Notes under the pieces: model-generated
The model's input: the letters and a program-made list of their open reading frames with translations, nothing else
The model's database searches: none
What the model was told of the DNA's origin: nothing
From: Squalus acanthias
Lineage: Eukaryota
Length of the DNA: 64,000 nt
Assembly (NCBI GenBank): GCA_030390025.1
Contig: CM059438.1
Span: 62,312,001-62,376,000, forward strand
Reading direction: 5' to 3'
Shown: positions 47,878 through 57,706 of the stretch, one piece after another
How the letters are laid out: each line of letters begins with the position of its first letter
Numbering within the stretch: position 1 is the stretch's first letter
Made by a program: the position numbers and the translations under genes

Positions 47878-48295
47878 AATTTGCATTTCTATAGCACCTT
47901 TCACGTCCTCAGGACATTCCGAATCGCTTTGCAGTCGATGAAATGCTTTTGAAGTATAGTCACTGTTGTAATGTAGGCAAATATGGCAGCCACTTTGTGT
48001 ACAGCAAGGCCCCACAAACAGCAGAGAGATAAATGACCAGATAATCTGTTTTAGTGGTGTTGACTTAGTTGGTCAGGAGAAAACTCCCCTGCTCTTCTCC
48101 GAATAGCGTCACGGGCTGTTTCTAACGTCCACCTGAGAGAGCAGACGTCTCATCCGAAAGAACCTGCCGTATATGTTTATTTCCAATATTACAACAGTGA
48201 CTACACTTTAAAAAAAAGTACTTCATTGGCTGTAAAGTGCTTTGGGGCATCCTGAGGTTGTGAAAGGCGCTATAGAAATGCAAGTCTTTCTTTTT
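47878..48295. mobile_element. Two SacSINE1-type pieces head-to-head (minus 47878-48160, plus tail ~48175-48295)
   Basis: SINE tails at both outer ends in inverted orientation. Confidence 0.7.
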
Positions 48296-48436
48296 TAAAT
48301 ACATTGTGCACATCATGTGTTGTGTTTAGCCACTGTCCCTTAAATTCAAGAACTTTGGTTACAAAAAATAAATGACATCTACGCTCTCCTACTTTGGTGG
48401 GTTGTCTAAGTCAATGTAAAGAACAGTCTCTCTCTG

Positions 48437-48486
48437 CAATAACAACAGAAAACGCTGGAAAAACTCAGCAGGCCAGGCAGCATCCT
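48437..48486 (-). mobile_element. Penelope-like family 2 short fragment
   Basis: AACAACAGAAAACGCTGGAAAAACTCAGCAGGCCAGGCAGCATCC, identical to part of 50145-50277. Confidence 0.7.
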
Positions 48487-48537
48487 GTGCCTGAGCCCAG
48501 GGCAGAGCTATTCTCCCCTTCACCGCCTTTCTGAAGC

Positions 48538-48743
48538 CATGATGTGGAGATGCCGGTGTTGGACTGGGGTGGACAAAAGTGAGAAGTCGCACAACACCAG
48601 GTTATAGTCCAACAGTTTTATTTGAAATCACAAGCTTTCGGAGCGCTGCTCCTTCGTCAGGTGAAGGAGCAGCAGCTCCGAAAGCTTGTGATTTCAAATA
48701 AAACTGTTGGACTATAACCTGGTGTTGTGCGACTTCTCACTTT
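48538..48743. mobile_element. Penelope-like element (family 1) fold-back insertion
   Basis: About 80-bp inverted arms around loop GTCAGGT (48656-48662), TSD CTTTCTGAAGC (48527-48537, 48740-48750). Confidence 0.85.
48628..48664 (-). ncRNA. Minimal type I hammerhead ribozyme motif
   Basis: rc UCAC-CUGACGA-A-GGAGC agc GCUCC-GAAA-GCU-U-GUGA. Confidence 0.65.
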
Positions 48744-50144
48744 CTGAAGCTAGACTGCCGTTTTGGTGTCTGATTTTTTTTTTAAAAGCCTTTCTTCAAA
48801 GACTAGTAAGACATGAAAAGATTTTTGTCAGCACCAAGGTGCTAGGTGTTTTCCTGAATGACCAGATATTGCTAATGAATTGACCATTGTTTGGGATCTA
48901 TGCACAACAGCCCGCATTTTAAATACCTCTTGTCTGCCTATGCTTCCACAACTCAGCATGAGGCTGTCTGAGGAGATTAGGCAAGCTTCTGTTCAAAACG
49001 CATATTAAAAAGCACCTATTCCCAAGCCTTTTCTGTGGAAAAATGGTCAAAGAATCCTGGATCGTGATCAGTGGCATTTTCTGCTTCGACTACTGTGGAT
49101 TAAACCATGGATATCTCAGTAAAGATGCTCAAAATGTTTGGATTTGATGGACCCTTTTTGGTGTATTTACTCTGCTCTTTTGTGATGTTACTTTCCCTGG
49201 GTCTTTCCTGAGATTGCCTTTGCTGTCCTGTGACAATTAGCACAGAAACTGAAAGTCTTACAAAAAAAAAGCCACCTAACATTATTGCTTTTGTTATAAA
49301 AGTATTGACTTGTATGTATATGGAAACCTGTGGGGATAAGAACTTTTCAGCAGTCGTAAATAGTTCATGAAGATAGAAGTAGACTGTTTACAGTGTTGAT
49401 GGATCTAGAACAATGGCTGAAAGATACAAGATTAAATGTAAAAGATTGAGAACAGAGTTGTGAGGATGTAGAATTCACTTCCAGGTTTAGTGGTTGAGAC
49501 AGAAACTTTGTCAAGATTCAAAATTGGATTGGATAGGTGGATGAAGGACACAAAGATATGGGAACAGGGCAGGTAAATGTGATTAGAACTATTTGCTTGC
49601 GTGAAATGCAAGTGGCAACACGCGCTGGTTAGGTTGAATTGCCTGTTCCTGTGCTGTAACTTCTAGGTGTTTCTGTTTACATTGGAATGGGTGCTCCCCT
49701 ATTGTTTAGCACGCTTATTAAGTGAAATTCTGTGCTGTACAGATCAGGAAGGTTCCATACTGATCCCCAGTCTGTGCTAAATTAGCTTAGCCTCAGCTAG
49801 CGCACTAGAATTGGTTTCGATACCCTGCATTGGGGTGAGTAAAATTGATCAGTGTTCCTTCCCACTTCTCATCGCTATCCAGCAATTCATGCTGGAAGTG
49901 TGCCTGGACATTGGATGAAGACAGGACTGAGCACAGCTGTGGTCAAAATAGCCTGGCAACGCTTACTATCAAGGCTCATGTGAATGATTGATTGTTAATT
50001 GGACAAGGGCAACTGGTGTTCATGGAACTGTACCCCAGTAATTAGTTGATGCTTTCAGCAGGGGAGGGGAGAAAATGATGAAAGGGGGAAAAAAGTCTGT
50101 TTTTAAAAAAAAAATTACTTGGAAAGCAACCCAGCCCCGAACAT

Positions 50145-50277
50145 TAATACAATAGCAAAATACTGCGGATGCTGGAAATCCGAAATAACAACAGAAAACG
50201 CTGGAAAAACTCAGCAGGCCAGGCAGCATCCGTGGAGAGAGAAACAGAGTTAACGTTTCAGATCGAAGACCTTTCGA
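50145..50277 (-). mobile_element. Penelope-like family 2 3' end with degenerate minimal hammerhead
   Basis: TSD CAGCCCCGAACAT (50132-50144, 50278-50290). rc CTGTCGA-A-AGGTC ttc GATCT-GAAA-CGT-T. Confidence 0.75.
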
Positions 50278-53200
50278 CAGCCCCGAACATGGTGGAAGGT
50301 GATTGAGATCTGCAAAGAGATTCATTAGATGAAAGCCCTTTTGTTAGTGTACCTCTGTTTACCATTAAACTTATCCGGCATGGCAGCTTTCCTGAGCTGA
50401 ATACTCATTGTTGCTGTTTTGTGCGATGAAATTTCATGACTCTCCGAGGCATTCTGCTTTGGTGTTGAATGGTTAAGTTAGGCAGGAAAGGATTAATGAG
50501 GACAATCAATTGATTTAAATTAAATTATACAGCAAATTTTTATGATGAATAGGATCATTTTAGTCTCAAAGCACTCCAGTATTGATGAGTTTGGCTTGTA
50601 TCTGCCATGCTGTATGTCGATGGACCTTTAGAAAAATGAGCCAGGACTGCCACTCCTGTTTGCTACCCATCATCCCCCTCCTGGAAGTTGTTGCACGCAG
50701 ATATCAGGTGATGTCCTCCGTGTTCAAAATCTCTTGATGTTCAATGGTCGGGCCTTGCACGTGAAATGATGAGCATGGCAGTGAGGTATAGATGAAATCT
50801 GGAACTGTATCTGAGCATGAACTGGTGCCATTGGACGAGGAGGGGTCTATTAAGATTCAATTATTTCTTCTCTTGAAAACCATGAATTATTGTGGACACA
50901 GGCATCAGCAGCCCTCCAACACCTTATCCAAGTGTCCATTCTTCATGTGTGATTCTAGATAGTAAGTGTTGCGGGCTGTTAAAGTGTGGGAGCATCCATC
51001 ACTGTTGAGTCCAACCATGTCTTCACCCAACGTGCACTTTCTCACAAAGGCCACTGGACATCTAGTGAGGACCAGCTTGCCTCAGCTGTGATGTCTCTGG
51101 GATTGAGCAGCCTGCTAATATTGCCCAGGCTTCATGCTGTCCGGGCTCACATGAAGAATGACCCCTTGGCAAAGTACTGGAAGGCTGGTGGTACTTGCGG
51201 GAAGCAGCAGAATTCAGTTACTGACTTACTGGCAGTAGTATTGCCATCAAAAGATGCTAAACAAGGTGAAGCAGGATATTAATCTGTTGCTGTAAAACCA
51301 TAATATGAAAAAACACAGGTTGTTTTTTGGCTTGATAATTGCCTTTTGGCACTCTTAATATTGCTCTTAGAGAATTGTCTCCTGTTTTAGAAGAGTTCAG
51401 TCACTGGAAAAGAAAAGAAAACATTGGGACATAACATTGAACGAGCAAATGGATTCGCCTTGTTGGACCGGGGTTGAGTCATTTTTCTCTTGCATTCCTT
51501 TTGTTTCCTGGTACATTATACATAATCCATTGTCACATTACTTCCCCCGCCCCATTTCTGTTATCTCAGGATCCATCTGCTCGTTATATAACAAAAGGAA
51601 TGCTAGGTGTTCTTGGTGACCACCTCTTTTTTTATTAGGAGGAGAGAGTGGGCGTTGAAGACTCATGATTTCTCTCCCCTCTTCTAAAGCCAACAGATAC
51701 CAATAATGGAGTAGTCGTGTTTCTTTACACGTTATAAGGGTCACGTAGGCTCGCTATTTTGTACGTTGTTAAAGGTTTTTGTAGTAAACATCAACATTAA
51801 TATTTCAGTTCCCTGTTTTCTGAACTGTAAACTTTGCTTATATGTATGTGGAAGAACATATGTTGGAGAGTAATTATTAATTTAACGTCTTGTTTGAGTT
51901 CTGTGTGTTTGTTGGCTCACAAAACATTGGAATAAGAGACCGCCTCTCAGTTTGTTCAAACAACTGGTAAGTGTGCATATGTATGGACGTAGTTGGTGTC
52001 TCTGTTCCTGATGGTGTATCCACTCTTTTTCTAGCTTTATTTACCCAGAATCTTTTATGATTTTTGCTTTAATTTCTTATTAAAAAGTAGATTTTAGGCA
52101 TAGCTCACAGATCTCCTGTGGCATTGCTCACAGTAAATTGGATGATGCTCTGTTTTATGACGAAAGGAGTACTATCCCATTGTAACACACAATCTATTCA
52201 TCTGCTGCAAAAGCGCAGTTGTATTTAGTCTGACTTGCTCCTTTAAGACCACGAAGTCTAATTGCTGTAGGGACATGGTGAGATCAGTTACAGGTTCATT
52301 GTTGTTAGTGAGGAAAGTTTGCACATTTGTATATACACTTGTAAATTACTGGCTCCAGGTCATAAGAAACCAGCATGAAATTGCCTTTTTTTTTTACTGT
52401 ACATGTGATGATTTGAAGTAGGGTTGACTCAAAATGTTTTAATATATGGCAAGTCGGAGGTTGTGGCCTTTCTCTTGCTTGTCAGCCATCTTGGTGTTAC
52501 CATTTCTCTTCTGTTTCTTTGTCACTGTCTTTTTTGGGAAGCGATGGGTAATGCGGCACACCAGAAAACCTGCGTTTTCTTTGGCAGTGTTGTGTGCGAA
52601 TAAGTGTAGACTGCACCTCTCAGCGGCACCCTTCCCTTCCCATCCCCTACCAATTCCCACTTCCTCACTCACACCCATTGCATCCCCTTGCCCTTTGAAC
52701 TACCTGCTCAATCCCTGTATTTTCCCCTTACCCTTTCATCCTCTCCTCTCCTAAGGCTAGGCAGCCAGGTTCCCCTTACCATTACCCATATACCCTCTCA
52801 TCCTCCCCATCCCTGTTTTCCATCACCAACCCATCCCATGCTGATTGCCTTAACCCCTATACCACCTCAGCCCAAGCTGGTTTACCAGCACTAAACTGAG
52901 TAAAATTGGCAGGGTTTTTTTTGTATTCATATGTATAGCGCATAGTGTTGTCAGTGCTTTAGAATCAAATTGCCAATTGGCGCTGTGAAACCAGTGAATA
53001 TAGAGTACCAGGACCTGGGCGGGGCAAGGGCAGGCGAGAGAGCACGAGTGGGCAGCATAGGCCCGAGCTGTAGTTGGGACAGGCAAGCGGCCTCTGGCGC
53101 AAGAAGGATGTGCACGGTCAGGCAGAAAGTAGGCAGTGAGTGAGCATTGCCAGTGGCAGGGAGAAGAGCGGGTGGGCAGCGTGAGGCTGGAACCCCACAA

Positions 53201-53569
53201 TAGCAGCCTGGGAGAGAAGAAGAAGCCGGGACGGTAAAAGGCCTGTGGAGGCAATAGCAAGATTAGTAAATTTAAAAAAAACTAAACTAAAATATTAAAC
53301 AAAAAATGTACCTGTAGGGAATACTACTACTACTCACTACTAAATTCCCGTCCGCCATCTCAGAAGCGACAGTGGAGCCGGTTTTGTTTTCAGAGGTCTG
53401 GAATTCACTATTGCTCCTTTTCTACTGTCACTAGGCCTCAACCGGGATCTCGGTTTCATGTCACGCTACAGGACGTGACTAGAGTCGAGACTAGAGTCGT
53501 CGTTGTCTTGTTCACAGATGTGATTTCCAGTTTTAAAAAAAAGTAAAAAGCTTAACTGCAGACTGCAGC

Positions 53570-53839
53570 ATTTGACACGTTGGACCCCCTGTGACCCCAC
53601 CTCATTGTCTTAGCTGTATTCTGCTGTGTCTTTGATGTAATGCCTCCCTGACGGATTGTATCTCTGCAGATACATTGTTCTCTGTCTATATATGCTTTGT
53701 AACTGATCTGTATTCCCTCACTTTACCTGACGAAGGAGCAGCGCTCCGAAAGCTCGTAATTTCAAATAAAACTGTTGGACTATAACCTGGTGTTGTGCGA
53801 CTTCTCATTTTTGTCCACCCCAGTCCAACTCCGCATCAT
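53570..53839 (+). mobile_element. Penelope-like family 1 3' end, longer non-hairpin copy (5' boundary uncertain)
   Basis: 53723-53839 matches the hairpin arms. The upstream T-rich stretch is presumed to be element UTR. Confidence 0.7.
53723..53759 (+). ncRNA. Minimal type I hammerhead ribozyme motif
   Basis: UUAC-CUGACGA-A-GGAGC agc GCUCC-GAAA-GCU-C-GUAA. Helix I covaries with the UCAC/GUGA copy. Confidence 0.7.
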
Positions 53840-54221
53840 AGGTTAAGCATGCCAACCGAGACAAGTTCCCGGGGTGTAGCGCTTGGAGCCACTAGTGAGA
53901 GCTGGGTGAGTCTTCAGCACCCAACTGCTAGTAAAACCACCCTTTCTGGGTGCGGTTGTTTGCCACGCAGAAGTGCTACCTTTAGGGCTCACCCCATACA
54001 TCGGTAGGAAATACACAGTTAAAATAAATATAAAATATAAATGTACTCCGCCCAGGGGAATTAACCTGTGAGTCAGACCTTGGAGCAGCAGCACTTTGTG
54101 TTGTGAGGACTGAAAGGCAAGTATGATGAGAAATAGACATTACACTTAAAAAGTAATACCCAGCTGTGAAAAAATTCTGATACAAGTAAGTGCGACAAAG
54201 AGGAAGCACACAGATCGTAGC

Positions 54222-54500
54222 ACTATACAGCACAGAAGGAGGCCATCTGGCCCATCATACCTGTGCGGGCTCTTTGAAAGAGTTATCCAATTACTCCCAG
54301 TCCCCTACCCTTTCCCCATAGCCTTGTGAATGTTTCCCCTTCAAGTATTTATCAATTCCCTTTTGAAAGTTACTATTGAATCTGCTTCCACCGCCCTTTC
54401 TGGCAGCGCAGCCCAGATCAGCACAACTCGCTGCCTACATTTTTTTTCCTCACGACGCCTCTGCCTCTTTTGCCAAGTCCCTTTAAATCTGAATCCTCTC
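54222..54500 (-). mobile_element. CR1 3' end fragment
   Basis: Reverse complement of the 3' end of the 33565-35821 family. Confidence 0.75.
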
Positions 54501-55685
54501 CGAACATGGTAGTTAATCTATAGATCAGAGTTATCTGATAGAAACAGGTGTGGCTATGGCAACATCATTTTAGCCACCTGCACTAATTTTAGTAGCAAAC
54601 GCCTCAGATACACTTGCACAATACTTGATGTGTATACTTAACAAACATCTACCACCATTTAGTAACCAAGGAAGGTAAAGCACTCAACGATCAAAAAACA
54701 GTCACACTCTCTGCTTTTCATCTTTACCATTTTACCAACAAATGCACAAAAAGGTTAAAGTGCACATGCAAATAGTGAATATTGAGATCACATGGTGCCA
54801 ATTACTTTTTAATTTACCAATCAGAAATGCAATTAGTCACATCTGGATTCCCAATTAGCTACTCGTGGCTAACATATTGGACAACATTGCTATAGCTAGC
54901 TAAACTATTCAGTGGCATATGTGATGAGAATGTAGGTTATTGTGGCACACAGTAAACCTCTATTTAACTCCCTGAAACTTTTGAAGATCTGTTCATTGTG
55001 CTTTTAATTTCTATGATTAGCTCCATTGTATAAACCTAGTCTGTTTGGTTAGCAGAGTGCCAGAAGTGCAGAAGCCCATCTCCATGTTTTAAAAATCTCC
55101 AAATCTCCTGAGAAATCTACACACACTTGTAGTGTTTCTGTTTCCCTGATAGAGTGTACACGCTCTCCCTTTAAGAGCATGTCCTATTTACCCAAGCGTA
55201 GCAAGCTTAGGCATAGGTTGGCAAAGCCAAGACTTGGCTAATCACCAGAGTGAAAAGGGGTGCTACTGAAGTTTAATCAGCTAAAACTACTCAGCATACT
55301 AGTGTAGAGCACTAGTAAAATTGCATTTAGAACCGCCTTACCCCCTGGAACGTTGGCTTGCTCTGTTATCTGGAGCCGAGGGGAAAGAATCCCAGGTCTA
55401 CACCTGCAGGTTCTGTTAATAAGCCTGGTGGCTGTTAACTGAGAGTACTGTAGGTCTGCTTGGTTCACGTATCAGATTAGTGAGTCTAGCACAGAGGTTG
55501 ATTTCATTTCAAGCTTCCATTGTCTGGTGTGTCATCTTGCGGCCACCTCGACCCAAAGATCCGACTTGACTTCTTTCAACCCCCTTCCACCACAAGCAGG
55601 CTGGAAACCATCTTTGATCTTAGCTCCAGATGAGACAAGTGCTCTGCACGGTTGCTTTTACCTACCCAGCCATGGGCCTTGTAAT

Positions 55686-56142
55686 AGAAAGAAAGACTTA
55701 CATTTCTATAGCGCCTTTCATGACCACCGGACGTCTCAAATCGCTTTACAGCCAATGAAGTACTTTTGGAGTGCAGTCACTGTTGTAATGTGGGAAACGC
55801 AGCAGCCAATTTGCGCACAAGCAAGCTCCCACAAACAACAATGTGATAATGACCAGATAATCTGTTTTTGTTATGTTGGTTGAGGGATAAATATTGGCCA
55901 GGACACCCTGCTCTTCTTTGAAATAGTGCCATGGGATCTTTTACGTCCACCTGAGAGGGCAGACGGGGCCTCGGTTTAACATCTCATCCGAAAGACAGCA
56001 CCTCCGACAGCGCAGCACTTCCTCAGCACTACACTGGAGTGTCAGCCTAGCTTTATGTGCTGAAGTCTCTGGAGTGGGACTTGAACCCACAAACCTTCTG
56101 ACTCAGAGGTGAGTGTGCTAACCCACTGAGCCACAGCTGACA
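55686..56142 (-). mobile_element. Near full-length SacSINE1/DeuSINE-type SINE
   Basis: rc: tRNA head (GTGGCTCAGTGGG A box, GGTTCAAGTCC B box), Deu-like core TTAAACCGAGGCCCCGTCTGCCCTCTCAGGTGGACGTAAAAGATCCCATGGCACTATTT, L2-like tail with CTTT repeats, AATAG flanks. Confidence 0.88.
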
Positions 56143-56597
56143 ATAGGAAGGTTATGTCATATAAAGAGGGGCAATAAAACAACAGAGCAACTGCAATAAA
56201 ACACTAGAACAACTGTAATGTATCCTAAGCTGGTGCGAGTCTGTAAATAGCCTGCTTCACAAGTGTTCTTTTTAATATTAACAAATTAAGGGAATAAGTG
56301 ATGTCGGACTGTTTGCCGAGGTCATTGCTGTCTCGGTTGCCTTGGCGATGAGCTAATTATCCTGTTTCCACAGAGGAAACCATGATGTCATATGCTTTGA
56401 GATTGTTTTAGGAGTTTTGATTGAGAGGACGTTCCATAAACAAAAACATTATCTGAAATTGCTCTGTCCTACAATAAAATAAGTTTTATTCCAGAAAAGC
56501 TATGAAAATTTCAGTCTTAGCCAATCGTCACCTCTTGTAACCTATCGCTTGAGTTTATAGATGGGAAGAAACAGATGAAATTTATCTCAGTGACATA

Positions 56598-56718
56598 CAG
56601 TGTTCCCTGTAAAATTTTGTTGATGTGCGTGGCCAGTTTTTTCAATGAGCAGTACCTTTAAATTTTTTGCGCGGTACCTTTAAGATTGCTGCGCACGCGT
56701 GCAGCTAAGAGCACATTG
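56598..56718. mobile_element. hAT MITE (121 bp)
   Basis: Perfect 8-bp TSD GTGACATA (56590-56597, 56719-56726), termini CAGTGT.../...ACATTG. Confidence 0.75.
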
Positions 56719-57587
56719 GTGACATACCTCACCTGTAAATTCATGTGACTGGACCAGAGACTATTCAAGTACATACTTTACAAAGCCTCTGAAGCTCCTA
56801 CAGTATTTCACTGTTTCCTTTCTATCAATTGAAAATAAATTGCAGATCCTTCTTGCTAATGCTATTACTGACCTTAAATGTTATGCACAAATCCTGGTCA
56901 CTAATACTTTTACCAACCTCAAAGTAGTATTTTAGATTGGATTAGATTGTAAACAAGTGATATTGTTGCAGGGTTCAATCTCTCATCAAAAATACTTGGT
57001 ACTTTATGAATCATTCAGACCTGATGTAACCTTTAGAATTTTATTTGCGGGGAGTTCATAGGAAAACTTTGCAGTGTTTTGAGAGGCTCATTTTAACACC
57101 TCTTTAAGGTGAGTGTCTAATGCCATGTGTCACACACTGAAGTATGTTTCATATTCATTTTTTCTTTGTGTAAAATGATTGCCCTAAAAACCCTACAGTA
57201 TATGCTGTAGTTGTTGAACAGCCGATTGCACATTCGGATATTTGGCCCAGCTATTTTGAATCCTTGTGGTTTAAAAACTCATTACCATTCAAGCCCACCC
57301 GTCTACTTTGTTAAAGAGGTCACGGATATAATTTTCTTTAGCGTGTAGCTTACCTCTTCTGTAGCTTTCTTGGCAGCTCACACCCTGGAGTCTGGCTCAT
57401 GGAGTGGCCGAATGACCCAAAGTGGAGCCTGTTTTATTTTTGAGAAATGAGGGAAGCGCTAAATAGGCCAATCTAAAATTGGCAAAGCAGCCACTTCTGA
57501 CACAACTCATCACAATGCCGTGTTTTTTTTTAAAAAAAATCATAATTTTATATCTCTTCATATTTTTAAGAAAACTTTTACTAAACA

Positions 57588-57661
57588 GGTCGGTTAGCTC
57601 GGATGGTTAAAGCGTGGTCCTAATAACGGCAAGGTCGCGGGTTCAATCCCCTTATTGACCA
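57588..57661 (+). tRNA. tRNA-Ile(AAT)-derived sequence, probably a pseudogene or SINE head
   Basis: Colinear with vertebrate tRNA-Ile(AAT), anticodon loop CTAATAA. The acceptor stem pairs, but the D, anticodon (2) and T stems carry mismatches. Confidence 0.8.
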
Positions 57662-57706
57662 GCTACGCTGTATGCCGCTGCTTTGCCCAAAAGGCTGCGA
57701 ATACTT

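Noticed and set aside
52850..53846. piggyBac-like element bounded by TTAA-CCC ... AGG-TTAA
   Set aside because: No inverted repeat beyond a few bases, and the left end lies within a C-rich low-complexity tract.
57588..57661. Functional tRNA-Ile gene
   Set aside because: Mismatches in the D, anticodon and T stems, and no nearby T4 terminator.
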